From the NCBI RefSeq assembly GCF_009914755.1, contig NC_060929.1: DNA of 64,000 nt; one strand, written 5' to 3'. The notes under the pieces are model-generated. The model did no database searches and was not told where the DNA came from. It saw nothing but the letters and a program-made list of their open reading frames with translations. Each line of letters begins with the position of its first letter. Position 1 is the stretch's first letter. This DNA comes from the human T2T-CHM13v2.0 reference genome, Homo sapiens. Positions 14,411 to 30,554 of the stretch are shown piece after piece. A program made the position numbers and the translations under genes.

Positions 14411-15241
14411 GTGATTTTTAAAAAAGGAGATAGACATATTAAAAAAGAGATTAAAAGATTAAAGAGATTAAAAAGAGATATAAAATATTTGATCATGCCA
14501 ATATTTGATTGTTTTATGACAGGCTTATTTTTTAATCTCTGTAGAATTCATTTTATTTTTATCATTATTTTTATCATTGTTTTATGACACGCTTATTTTT
14601 TACTCTCTGTAAAATTCATTTTATTTTTATCATTAGTTTTATCATTCTGCTTATACCAAACTACTTTCCAGGTTCTTATTGTGTTAAGCTCTTTCTGTCA
14701 CAAGAAACACAGGTATACTCAAGTTCCTTCAAGTAATGGAGATATATTAGGTGCAATATAAAGCCATATGGAGCCTTAAGAGAAAGGAATTACACAGGAA
14801 GAGCAGGATCTCTAGCACAGTTTGGCATTAGGGAGACTGGAAATGTGTGGCTAATTAGAATATGATACAGCTTTAGGGATGGAACAGGTTTTCTTTTTAT
14901 CCCCCATTAGTAACATGTTATAAGGCTTTACTTTGATACCCAGTTGTTTGTGTGAAGTTTCTCACTTCCTTTTGGCTTTTGTCTATCTTTTCTTCCTTTC
15001 ATTACTAATTACCCTCTTTACCCCTGGTCTAAATAATTTTTCATCATACCTTTTATTTTCTCATAACTACTTACTTATGATCCCCAGTGCCTTGTGGCCT
15101 GGTTCTGTGATTCTTTTTAGCCTCTCTTCAAGTTACCAAGTAATTGAACCTCACTGGTTCTCAGTTAACTCCCAAAAGATTATTTGATTGGCCTAGTTTG
15201 AGAAGCTTTTATGCTAGCTAGGCCCATTGGCTGGTTCTGGC

Positions 15242-15533
15242 TTTTTTTTTTTTTTTTTGAGATGGAGTCTCACTCTCACCCATGCTGGAATGCAGTGGTG
15301 CTGTCTTGGCTCACTGCAACCTCCACCTGCTGGATTCAAGTGATTCTCATGTCTCAGCCTCCCGAGAACTGGCATCATCACACCCAGCTAATTTTTGTAT
15401 AGTTGGGGTTTTGCCATGTTGGCCAGCCTGGTCTTGAACTCCTGGCCTCAAGCGATCCACCTCCTTGGCCTCCCAAAGTGCTGAGATTACAGGTGTGAGC
15501 CACCGCGCCTGGCCAGCTTGGCTACTCTTGACC
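15242..15533 (-). mobile_element. Alu
   Basis: Antisense Alu with a small internal deletion. Confidence 0.9.
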
Positions 15534-16216
15534 AGGGAGCTATTGCCAAAATGTGGGATTCACATAGCCCAGAGCATGGATGCCCTGGGCTAACTCCTCT
15601 GCCAAGGGCTGTAGTTGGACAGTTTCCCTTAGCAGGGGTGTGTACCTGGAAAATACTATAATTGATCAGTACAGATAAGTCCTAGAAAATTAAGTTGTTG
15701 CAAGAGTTACAATTCTGCCTCGTTCACATGCTGTGGTGAATGCTAGTAAATAATTAAATGCTGGTAAACCAATGTCTAGAATTTGATGTTATATCTTTTA
15801 GTAGTCATCTACCTATAACTGAAAAATTGCTGCCAAAAATTACATGTGCTGCCAACCCCAAATAGGGCCATGGGCAAATAGATATGTAATACCTGTTGTT
15901 TTAAGATGGACAAATGGAAATTGATAGTCTTTAAACATAAGCAATAGGGAGAATATGCACATAGGCAGATTAAAAAATGCTTAATGAGAAAGCCATAGCA
16001 GTTATCCACTTCTGGTCTTATTTCCTTTTTAATACCCAGGAATAGCTGTGTGTACTGCTAAGAATTCACTTTTCTGCAGTATCACACAGTTCAGGCTGAA
16101 GACAGAGGACCGCTTTCCTTTTGTGATATTTATGCTACAAAGTAATGTTTTGCCTAATGCATTTCCACTTATGAGATAAATTGTGGATATTATCAAAAAC
16201 TTTTCTGGTACAATAA

Positions 16217-16399
<183 letters not shown>

Positions 16400-16535
16400 T
16401 AAGTACGTTAATTCAGCTTGCATATATTCTTGAAAATAAGTCAAGCCCACATTATCGCATGAATTTTCCTTTTGTGTACATATTTAGATGCTCTTAAAGC
16501 ACTCAACATTTAGGAGCTTAAATAAATTATTTCAA

Positions 16536-16821
16536 GGCCGGGCACGGTGGCTCACACCTGTGATCCCAGCACTTTGGGAGACCAAGGCAGGAGGATCACT
16601 TGAGTCTAGGAGTTTGAGAGCAGCCTGGGCAACATGGCAAAACCCCATCTTGACAAAAAATGAAAAAATTAGCCAGGAACCTGAGGTGGGAGGATCACCT
16701 GAGCCTGGGGAGGTTAAGGCAACAGTGAGCCGAGGTCACACCATTGCACTCCAGCCTGGGCAACAAAGTGAGACCCTGTCTCAAAGAAAAAAAAAAAACA
16801 AAAACAAAAACAGAAAAAAAA
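16536..16821 (+). mobile_element. Alu (J-like)
   Basis: ggccgggcacggtggctcac...; deletion in the right arm; A-rich tail. Confidence 0.9.
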
Positions 16822-16914
16822 CCCACGTTATTTTTATTATGACTGTTAATACTAGAAAAGACTTAAGAGTTAATTTTGTCCAATAGCTTCCAAATTATTT
16901 TTAATTATTGAGTT

Positions 16915-17226
<312 letters not shown>

Positions 17227-18049
17227 TGAGTTCTTATTTTGAAGAAAATCTTTTGTAGAAAATCAATATTTAAGCAGATAAAAACAGATCTGCTCTGTCT
17301 TCTGGGGTAGAAGGCTTGGAGACTTGGCTGTTAGGCTCTGTAGAGCACAGTCTGAAAACTTGTCCATCCTCCCCATTTTAGGTGCAGACCTGAAACAAAC
17401 TGCAAAAGGCATTGGACCAAGATCATTTTGTTGATATCCCTTTTTACTCTATGAACATTACATGCAACTGACTAAGTCTTACCCTCAATGTGTAAACCTA
17501 AATTTTATGCCGTGTTAGGAATATGAGTGAAATATCCTGGCTTCACTAAGGAGAATTCGTAGTTTAATCTGTTTAACACCTTCTGATTTATCAGTTCTTA
17601 AAGCATCGTGTATATTTCTTACATGTACATTTCTAAAAAGTAAATACAGTCTCTGTGCATAGTCAAGCTTTGTGTATAGAGTGTCTTGAGTTGTTGTCCA
17701 GCTACGTATTTATATAATATTTGACTGTGGAATCACATCAGAATATATCACATGCTAATATTGATATTCTTGAGTAGACACTAAAATGCTTTAAAGCTTC
17801 ATTTTTCATCTGAGAATGAACAAAGTACCCTGAATTCTGTTTGATGCCATGTCACCAAATAGGTGTTATTCTGATCCCCATATATGTTTAAATTAACTCA
17901 AAATAAGAAATTTAAAGAGTCTTTCTTTAGTTCTTAAGACTTAATTGATTTTCTATTTTATAAGAAAAACAAACCAGGTATTTTATTTTGGTTACAGTAT
18001 TAAGGAAAGTAGCAGAGATATTTAGTAAAGAAAAAAAAAAGAGAAAAAA

Positions 18050-18540
18050 GAAAAAAATTATTGGTCAATATAAGGGGATTTGCCTGGAAGGAAATCTTGT
18101 TACTGAGCCGAATAGCAAGAATGTTTGTAGATACAAGTAAAATAAAAGAAGGGTTTATTTTTGTCATATAAGGAGAAGGCTGGAGGTGGGTAGCTACTTC
18201 TGGTGTTTCAGTGGCTCTGCCATTTCACTGGCCTTTCCCTCAGAGTTGTAAGATTGCTGCTGCAGCTCCAGGCATCACATTCCTATTCACATGAGGTAAA
18301 AAGGAGAAGGGACTGCCATAGCTCCCCCACACCCTTTTTTTAAAAAATTTTTTTAGGACATAGTAGGTTTTTAGGATCCTCCCAGAAAACTTACCTTTCA
18401 CTGACCAGAACTGTGTCTCATGGCCATAGTTGCAAGGAAAACAGAAAATAAGAAGGTAGTTTTTGTCCAGCTTTTAAATAGAGTTAAGCACAGTAATTGG
18501 GAGTACAATCAGTGGTAATCAGAAAATAGTTTCTGTCACA
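18050..18540. mobile_element. Old MLT1J-like LTR
   Basis: aagattgctgctgcagctccaggcatcacat and ccagaactgtgtctcatggcca motifs. Confidence 0.5.
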
Positions 18541-18729
18541 GGGTGTGGAATCAGTAATAATAGTAACAGCCAACCTCTATGATATATTTACAATATTAGT
18601 GTAATATTCTTATCAAGGTACAGGCACTGTTATGTGCACCTTATATAGAGTACTTTATGTAAGTACATTCAATGAGTACATGTCTAAGCCTTCTAAACCA
18701 TGCTGATTTCAAGAAATTGGAGTATTTAT

Positions 18730-20170
18730 CCATTCATTTTCATTTATTCATTCATCCAACATGTACTAAGTGAATACCTAACATATGGCAGGCACTGAGA
18801 ATACAAAGGAACCACAGTTTTTGATTTCATGAAAGCTATGTAGTGGAGAAAATCAGCATTAACCAAATAATCACATACAGAAATGTGAAACTGCAGCTAT
18901 GACAAGTCAATGAAGGCTATATGCAAGATGTTAGGACAGGCTGTGATCCTGATATGATCCGGTCAGGAAGGTCAGGGGAAGGCTTCCCTTAGCAAGTAAC
19001 TTTTGAGTGCCTATCTGAAGGATGAGTGTAAGAAGGAAGGAAGTATATTTCAGAGAGAGCATGTGCAAAAGTCCTTTAGCATAAAAAACATAGACAATGA
19101 GTGAAGGGTGGTCCTCCAGGAGAGCAAGATTCTAGGTGAAGCATAGCCATGTCATTTTAGGAGTTTATCCTAAGAGCCATGGTAAACTATTGAAGAATTT
19201 TAACCAGGGTTTGGCATGATTATGTCTGCATTGGTTACACTGTAAAGAATGTCTGGAGAAAAAACCAAGTAGATCAGAGGAACCCAAAGAGCAGGCTCTT
19301 TTGGTGGTCTTGGTGAAAGGATCAGTAAGTAGCTTGGATTAAGTTTGTAGTGCTAGTTTAAGTGGAAAGGAGTCATATTTGAAATATATTTGGGAAATAA
19401 ATCACCAGGACTTGGCGATAGATAGGGGTATGGCAGCTGAGATAAATGGAGTTGTCAGAGATGACATTGAGTTTGTGCATCTGAATGGTGAATGGTGACA
19501 TTTACTAGAAGAGGATGTTTTTTCATAGATTCCGACGTTATCTTTGTGTATAATAAGTAGAATTATTCTGAGACATTCAAAGGGAGCTATCATATAGTAG
19601 GCAGTGGATATAAAGTTTAGATTTCAGACAGAGAGATCAAAGGTAAAGATGTAAATTTGTTGTGAGACATTTTTGTGTACGTGATTGGGTGTGGATGAGA
19701 TCATCTTGACAGACAGTATGGTGAAGAAGATTAATGTTCTGAGACTGAACCTTAAAACTGCCAAGATTTCATAGTTGAGTAAGAAGTTAAGGTTGAAAAC
19801 CAACAAAGGAGGTGTAGCCAGAGAGGCAGGAGAGAAAAACAGGACATTACAGTGTCATGGGAGCGAGGGGAAAGAGTGCTTCAAGAAGAAAAGTAGTGGT
19901 CAACAGTGCTGAAAGGTCAGGTGAGTTGAAGCCTGAAAAGTCACCTTTGGTCTTAGCAAAATAGCTGTCACTAATGACCTTAGCAGGAGCTGCTTTCGTG
20001 GAGTGGTGGGGCCACACTGCAGTTAAAAGAGGGCTAAAGAGTGAGTTAGAGGTCAGGAAGTAGAGGGGGTTAGTACAGGTGATACTGCAAAGGTTGGCCA
20101 GGAAGAAGACAGGAGAGATCCAGTGAGGGACTTGTTTTTTGTTTTTAAATGGTAGACTTGAACGTACTTC
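18730..20170 (-). mobile_element. L2 LINE fragment
   Basis: (cattcatt)n tail, then tggcaggcactg...gggaaggcttccct...tgaaggatgag...agcatgtgcaaa. Confidence 0.75.
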
Positions 20171-20179
20171 AATGGGATA

Positions 20180-21540
<1,361 letters not shown>

Positions 21541-21987
21541 TAAGTTTTTTTGTTATTGTTCTGGGATTTAGCCATTTGAGAAAGAGATAAGATCCCTCGT
21601 GTAGGATAGGCATTGTTTCAAACTGTGCGTATGAAATCAGTGCATTGAATTGCAATTAGCATTTTGGGGTAATACTTCCTAGATAGTGCTTTGTGTTCCA
21701 CATCATGGCATATCAGGGTGCAACCAATGTCCAGTTGACCCAAATAAGCTTTTTTTTTTTAATGCAGTAGAATGGAGTAGAAGAAAAAGTATCAAAATCA
21801 TTAATTTATAGCATGTGGCACAGAGGTGGAGTTATGCAATAAGAAGGCCATTACATTTCTGTGTCATCAGTAATGACATAGAAATTATAATGTTATTAGG
21901 AGATGTTAACATTGGCCCAATAATGAGATTTAAACTCTGTTGTGCTAAAAACATATGTATATATAGGACAAGTCACCCAGTTCCCCA

Positions 21988-22099
21988 TATATGTGTGTGT
22001 GTGTATATATATGTATATATATGTGTGTATATATATGTGTATATATGTATATATGTGTATATATGTGTGTATATATGTATATATGTGTGTGTATATATA

Positions 22100-22143
<44 letters not shown>
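21988..22143. repeat. Compound (AT)n/(GT)n microsatellite, an alternating purine-pyrimidine tract of about 155 bp
   Basis: atatatgtgtgtgtgtatatat...; adjacent to an Alu tail. Confidence 0.95.
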
Positions 22144-22144
22144 A

Positions 22145-22528
<384 letters not shown>

Positions 22529-24299
22529 TTACCTGTCTTTAAGGCCATAGGGCCTGTGTCCCTGCATATTCTTACTGAGTATGCCAAGAAAGCCCCTGTC
22601 TTTAAGGAGCTCAAGTGCAGTAAGGGAGATGGAGAAGCAAATCTTTACAATTCGGTAAGACCATGCAATGCTAGAGAAGTGTATGTGTATACGTGTTTAT
22701 TTGCTTGCTCATTCCTTCATTCATGTTTTTCCTGTCATCTTCCAGAAAGGAATGAGACAGCTTGCAGAAAATTCAAAATAGCTTAAGTGAATAAATAAGG
22801 ATGAGGGCTTAAAATGGAGCCATGACTGAGGCTTAAAACATCAATGCCCAATACTGCTGTGGATAAGCCATAAATCTGGTTCAAAGGTTTCCACAAAGCT
22901 AAATTTGTTCAGTTAAATAGTTCACAGTGCCCAGAAAGCCAAATGAATTAATTAGTTAAGAAGGCAACTTAAAACAAATTTTTATTGTGTTTGACAGCAA
23001 TCTTTTAGTAATAAAATCAGCTAGAAGAATATATTGGGTAGTATCACACAGACTAGGTTTTATTGGGTCCCATTGGTTACAGTTTAGGAAACAAATGTTT
23101 GCTTATATTATTCTTGGATCACAGGCTCCACTGAGACAGAAATTGTGCTTGTTCTGCACACCTTTTATCCCCTATTCCTAGTACTAAGTAGATGTGCAGT
23201 AAATATTTGTTTAAAAACTGACAATAAAAACTGTAATATAAATAAGATGTGTTGACATAACTCTGTTTCTTAGTCCAAATTTCTGGAATCTGAAGGAAAC
23301 ATCCCCTTGTGATTCAAACACCATCTAAAATAGTATATTGGAGCTTAACTAAGTTTTGCCACAGGACTCAAAAAGTCATCAAATTTCTATGTAAGTTTCG
23401 GTCTTATAAAGAAAACACTTAAGTTTAGGTATGTGGCAGGATAAATTATTAATACACAGGAAAGAGCAAAAGTTCCAGTGTCATGGAGATTAGTCTGTCC
23501 TGACAACACTCTGTGTACCAGTGCACCTTTGTGATGCTGAGTAAGAGGAGATTTGCACTTCACGAAGGTCCAGGTTAAGCTTAGTTGCTCAGTCTGGACT
23601 CTGGTCCCTAAAGTGGGAAGTCTCAGGCAAATCTGAGTATCAGACCATGCCGGCAATTCAGCTCTCTTCACCTGCTTCTTTCTCTGCAAGATGGGATAAT
23701 CATGATACTTATATTTCAGGGTGTTGTCATGTAGTTTAAATAATGCATATAAAACAATCTAGTACCTGACATATAGTAGTTCCTTGGTAATATTAGTTAC
23801 AATTTTAAGTCCCATCTCTATGACACTTTGACCATTTCATTCCACAATGATCTGTTCACGGTAAACTCCTAATGCCCTATTTATTTGGACTCAGTTATTT
23901 CAGTGTCTTATTTCAGTATCTATCTTAGTTCATAACTGGTTATCCTATGCCATCATGCTATTTGTTCACTATTTGAGGGAAAGAACTCTACTCCATTGTA
24001 TATTCCCTGCCCCACTCAGGATGGCAGTAAGTACAGCTACTAATATAAATTAAAGTCATTCAGAAATGAAATTATTTTCACATTTATATTACATTGTTTT
24101 CACTTCATCCTGGAAGTTATCATTAGTCTGAAACAAACCCAGAGATACTGATCCCATATTTCAAAATTGACCACAACTTTAAAGCATTAATTAATTAATA
24201 AAGAATTACACGTGCCAGTTTAAAAAGAAATATGCAGATTATAGAGATTTAAATACTGAAATATGGGACATTTTCCTGTGCTCTGCCATTTGAGTAGCT

Positions 24300-24696
24300 G
24301 TTAGTTTATCAACCTTCAGGTCATGTTTATAGAAGCACTCTGCCACAGGGCCTGTGTCCCTGCATGTTCTTACTGAGTATGCCAAGAAAGCCCCTGATTG
24401 CTTTTTACATGGGCCACTTATTTGTCAAAGTTGTGCTTGCAGCAAACAACCTGGAGGGATAAGTTAATTCTCCCCTTAAAGAGGAAGCTTGCTTCCCTTG
24501 TTGTATGCACAGCATCCATGGTACATCACCCTCACAGGACTTGGGGGCTAATGTAAACCAACATGAGTAATAAAGTCCTTTGTCTCTGACCCAGTGGCCT
24601 TGTGTCTTCTGCCGTTATCTGTGAAACCAGTGGTATTAGGGTAACCTGTTAGCTTTTAAGCAGAGTAAAATCCTAGACTTCACACAGTTTTTGATA
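24300..24696 (+). mobile_element. ERVL-type solo LTR (MER68/MER77-like)
   Basis: gagtaataaagtcctttgtctctgacccag polyA region and gtaaaatcctagacttcacacagtttttgata end. Confidence 0.5.
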
Positions 24697-26254
24697 GGTC
24701 AATAGGATTCTCAGATCTCTTGCTAATATTAATTACCTGCAAAATGTGAGTAAACCGGCTGTGTATGGGAAAGAATAGGGGCTTTAGATCTAGAAAACTC
24801 AAGATTCTGTACAAGTTCTCCAGCATCCTGGCCATGTGCAAGTTACTTCATCCTTCTAGAGCCCTGAGAGAAGTACTGTGCCATAGTCAAGAGAATCAGA
24901 CATGTTATACTTGAGCACAAATCTTGCTTTTCCCTTTTAACAACTATGTGACCTTTTTCAAATTACTACTTCTCAGTGTCTCAGTTCTTTTCCTGTAAAA
25001 TGGAGTTGATACTGCTAACCCTCATATATTATTGTGGGAATTAAATAAAGTACATGAAAATGCCAGACACATTGTAGGTACCTAGTAAATTTTAGTTTTT
25101 TTTCTTCCAGATTCTATGCCATTAGTATTTTAGATTTAAAAGTCTGTCTTCATATATGTGTGAGTATAGTGCTCACTTTTCTAAACTTAGCATCGGTTTT
25201 TGCACCTATAAAACAAAAAGTTCGATAATACCGACTTCACAAGGTTGATTTGAGAATAAGTTTTGAAAGGATGTGAAATCACTATGAAGTGCTTCTCTTA
25301 GTTGTTCTCATTGAAAGAAGTTGACCAAATCTAATCTCCCTGACACTTTCCCTCTTGGAGCACTGTGGCCATAATAGAATTGAGAATCCAGGAACCTAGA
25401 GGCACCACCCACACAGAATGGGATAATGGCAGTGCCTTTCCTTCTGTTCCTCAGGAAGTGGCTGGCATGGAAGGTGGTCTCATGGAAGATGCACATCCTC
25501 CTCCATGCTGAGACATGCCTTTATCTCATGACTCAGGAACAGCCTTAAGGAACTGGCCCAATTGCCAATCACTGTGTGAAAGAACAACCACCAAATTTGT
25601 TGTTTCAGCATAGTAGGATTCATTCTCAATTTATTCCATCAAACATACTAGTTTTTTAGCTACTTCGGGATATATTTTGCAGTGACTTGGTCCTGGTGGG
25701 TAGTGTTATGTGGAAAGATACGCTTGTTACAATATGTGAAAAAGAGCCAGTTACAAAGCCTGGCATTCATTTCACTTTTGTATGAGTAATTGTATGTATA
25801 AATATATGCGGAGAAAACCATCTAGATAGAAGGCTTATTCCAAAATACCATGGGGGATATGGCTTTATGGTCATTTTTCTTTTACTTATGTAAATTTTTA
25901 AATTTCTAAAATAAATGTGTGAAAAAAGTAAAACCTCCTCACCCTCACAAACTACCAGTATTGGTCAAAATGAGATGTTTTATAGGAATCTGGTGAAATG
26001 CTTACATGGTCACTGTCTGACAACTCTTTTTTTCTGGGGCAAATATCTCTTTCCTACTCAGGGACATGGAATTTGGGGTTTTAAGCTTTAGACCATCCTG
26101 GGCACTTCAATATATCAGACCTTACTTGTCCACAAAGTTTTTCCCAGACTATAAGTAACCCTAGTTCTTCTTCCTTTAGGAGTTGATGGCATTCTGTCTG
26201 GGAGAGAATACAAGATTCATGTATTTAATTTTCATAATAAAAACACTGCTCATA

Positions 26255-26347
26255 TGGCACTCTTAATCTTCAGTGCACATTAAATTTTTTTTTTCCATGG
26301 AGCTTTAAAAAAAATACTGATGCCTGAACCCTACCTCCAGAAATCTT

Positions 26348-26378
<31 letters not shown>

Positions 26379-27216
26379 ATTGATCATTCTTGGGTGTTTC
26401 TTGCAGAGGGGGATTTGGCAGGGTCATAGGACAATAGTGGAGGGAAGGTCAGCAGATAAACAAGTGAACAAAGGTCTCTGGTTTTCCTAGGCAGAGGACC
26501 CTGCGGCCTTCCGCAGTGTTTGTGTCCCTGGGTACTTGAGATTAGGGAGTGGTAATGACTCTTAACGAGCATGCTGCCTTCAAGCATCTGTTTAACAAAG
26601 CACATCTTGCACCGCCCCTAATCCATTTAACCCTGAGTGGACACAGCACATGTTTCAGAGAGCACAGGGTTGGGGGCAAGGTCATAGATCAACAGCATCC
26701 CAAGGCAGAAGAATCTTTCTTAGTACAGAGCAAAATGGAGTCTTCTATGTCTACTTCTTTCTACACAGACACAGCAACAATCTGATTTCTCTGTCTTTTC
26801 CCCACATTTCCCCCTTTTCTATTCCACAAAACCGCCATCGTCATCATGGCCCATTCTCAATGAGCTGTTGGGTACACCTCCCAGACGGGGTGGCGGCCGG
26901 GCAGAGGGGCTCCTCACTTCCCAGAGGGGCGGCCGGGCAGAGGCGCCCCTCACCTCCCGGACGGGGTGGTGGCTGGGCGGAGGCGCCCCCCACCTCCCTC
27001 CCGGACGGGGCGGCTGGCCGGGTGGGGGCTGCCCCCCACCTCCCTCCAGGACGGGGGCTGCCCCCCACCTCCCTCCCAGACGGGGCGGCTGGCCGGGCGG
27101 GGGCTGCCCCCCACCTCCCTCCCAGAAATCTTAAGTTGGACTGGGGCATGGTCTGGAAGTCACATTTTAAAAGTGTCCCAGATGATTTCAAAGTGAAGCC
27201 AAGATGTGGAAGCACT
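26255..27216. mobile_element. MER5A1-like hAT element split by the SVA
   Basis: ggagctttaaaaaaaatactgatgcctg...ccagaaatc on the left continues on the right as ...tttaaaagtgtcccagatgatt...gccaagatgtggaagcact. Confidence 0.55.
26348..27125 (-). mobile_element. 5'-truncated SVA (SINE-R plus part of VNTR), probably an older subfamily
   Basis: (TTTTG)n tail, SINE-R gatcattcttgggtgtttc..., GC-rich cctccctcccggacgggg VNTR units; TSD ccagaaatctt at 26337-26347 and 27122-27132. Confidence 0.95.
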
Positions 27217-29192
27217 TCCTCAAGCCCTCGCTGGAGAAATCATGTGTTGAATTATAAAAATAATAGGTGCTTATTATGAAATGTAACAGGTGTACTAGGG
27301 TATGAAGTGAAACAAAAACACCCCATTCTCCCCAGGTCTACCATGTTTCTTTAGGTAACATTTCACAAGTCTACAAGTATACATCTTTTCTTTTCTAAAA
27401 TGGTATCATACTAAGCATTACTATTGTATAACTTGCTTTTGTTTCCTAATATGTGGGAGACATATTTCTCTATCAGTTTATACAGATTAGTCGTGCTCTT
27501 TTTAATGACTGCAGTGTATCTGGAGTACAGATACTCCTTGATTTCTTTAACCTCTGAGAGCTCCGTCTGGGACAGACTGCCCTTTAGTATATGGGACATG
27601 TTCCCTATCCATTCCACTGTGCTCCCACATCTTCCTGTTGTTACCACTGGAAAGGAATCTACATGGACTACATTAAATTTTATCCCTAGGATATAATTAT
27701 ATCCCATTAAATTATATCCCTAGGATATAGTTTAATATTACGCCCTTGTAGCTTTCATTGATTTTTTATGAAATAATTCAGACGTATAATAATCCTCCAT
27801 GCACCTTCTACCCTACTAAAGAAATAAAACACTACAATACAATCGAACCTCTAATCCTCCCTAATCCCATTGCCCTCTACCCTATCCATAGTAACTAACT
27901 GGTTGTCCTTGACTTTGGTATCCATCCCATGCATTTCTCTACATTTTTACTCACTGATGTTTTTTGAAACAATGCATGGAAGTATTTGGTATGCTTTTAA
28001 ACTTTACACACAGTGTATCACACTATATTCTTCTGTAAGTGGCTTTTTCCCCCCTCAGTGTTATATATTTATAAAATTCATATGGGTACATATACTTTGA
28101 GTTCATTAATTTTTCCCTAATTATGATAGTTTATTTTATGAATATATTACTATTCCCTCATTTTTCTTGATATGATGCCAATTTTTTGCAAATATAAACA
28201 GTCATATTTGTGACTTGTCTCATACTCAACTCCTAGTGCACACAAGGGAGTTTTTCTCAATCTAGGAGTGGAGTTGTTGGATTGTAAGGAACATGTGTCT
28301 TTCATGATCTCCAAGGAGGCTGTACCAGCTTAGAATCCCACCACCAGTGTTTAAAAGTTTGTTCTCATGCTTAAAATAGATTAGAATAAGAAATGTTCAT
28401 TTGATGATATTTCTATATATTCTCCAAAATTGCTCATAAGAACATTTTCATTTTTATTACTTAATGTCCTTCACATGAAGTGCCATCTGTTAAATTATTT
28501 TTTTGTTAATGCTAGGGACATTTTTTCTCTCCATGTGCATACTGTGCCTGTTTACAAAAAGATTTGAAGCAATTTATTGGCCTTTTCTGACAAACTGCCA
28601 GGCTTCCTGCTATCAGCCAGTGGCTGCTTCCTCTTTAATTCCTTTTTGTCTTGGCTGCCAAGACAGCAAGAGCTAAACTCAAGGCTCAGGTGTGGAAACA
28701 AATTTGGCTTAGTTTTCCCCTTCGCTTCTTTTATGGGAGTATTTCTCTAGTGTCATTCTTAGAACAGCTGCATCAGAATCTTGGCGGTGCTAGTTAAAAA
28801 TGCTACTTACTAAGCCCTTTCACACATCTTTTTAATTGGAATCTCCAAGGTGGTACACAAGAATTAGCATTTTAAAAGCTCATGCTAAGCTTAAATGTAA
28901 GAATCTACTGTATGGCTTGTAATCTTAGTTTCATGTAATTGTTTCATTAGAATATGTTATTGTAAATCACTTCAAATGCTTTTTGTACTCAATGGAAAAA
29001 ATATTAAAATCTAGCAGAATGAGATATTTGCATAAGATTTAGCTCCAAGCTGTATCTGTAAATAGATTCTATTATCAATTGGCCATTTAGAACACTAGGT
29101 TTAAATCTGTGGATTCCATAAATATTCATTGAGTGCCCACTATGTGCTATACAGTGTGCAAGAAGAAGAAGTAAATGGATGAAACGCTATAA

Positions 29193-29529
<337 letters not shown>

Positions 29530-30554
29530 TGAATACTATAACCTCACACGAATCTTTTCCTGAATAAGAAGCAGATTTTTTTAAAAAGTAGAGTTTTGGC
29601 AAACACATACATTTGTTTCTAATGGATATATCTGTGCATTATGATATGTGTACTCATCGATGAAATATTTCTAGACCCATATTTCCAAGGATCATTAACA
29701 TCCTTGAATGCATCACTGAGATAAGATCTGTTTATTATCTTGATGAATATAAACTTAAATCTCATCTAGCCTTTTAGACTCAGTAATTAAGTTTTAGAAA
29801 AGCAATGAATTATTAAGTCTCATTAGAAAACAGTTTGAAAAAAGCAAAACAATTGGCCTCTTCTCTCAGCATAATTTATTTCTATTAAACGTTGGTGATT
29901 AAGCGTTGATGAAAAGAGATATTTACTCGATGTGGCCCATAGCTAACAATTTTCATGCCATGCTACTTACACAAACTCCCTCTTCTGACACCCAGCTTCA
30001 GGGAATTCTGTGTACTCAGAGTGGCACGAGTGTGTTTTTCTTGAAAGAGAATTGGAAGATAATAGACATTCAAGTACTTAGTAACTTATTTGTTTGCCCA
30101 ACTTAGTGTAATTCAGAAAATATTGAGCACTGACTGTGGAGTATTTGTACTCTATATAAAATATATTCTTTATGGACAGAAAGAAAACATCTTGAATCAG
30201 TCCACACCTTCTAATTAGTTGTAAATACAGTACTAAAATCCACATGATAAGTGAGCACTAAATAAGTTGTTATGATTTTATTGGCATTAAAAATGTCATC
30301 TTATCAATATCTCTGTGCTTTCTTTAACTGTGTCTAGCAAACACTAGTTATCTTATTTCATCTTTTTCATGGGAAATTATTTTATGAATTTAAGGCTTGT
30401 TCCTTTAATTAGCTTCCTCAAAGTCACCTGAAGGTTTGGTTTGATTTGGTTTTAAATGCAAATCCCAGGCAAATCTTCTGATTGAAGATCCCCTGGAGAT
30501 AGATACTGTTGTAGTAGGTATGATGAAGGAGGCCTTTAGACACTATTTTTTTAA

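Noticed and set aside
26384-27279. ORFs up to 209 aa in a GC-rich, CpG-island-like patch
   Set aside because: They derive entirely from the SVA SINE-R and VNTR; no evidence of a host promoter or gene.
28647-28665. Palindrome tgtcttggc-t-gccaagaca resembling an NFI site
   Set aside because: Half-site spacing does not fit TTGGC(N5)GCCAA, and 9-bp arms can arise by chance.
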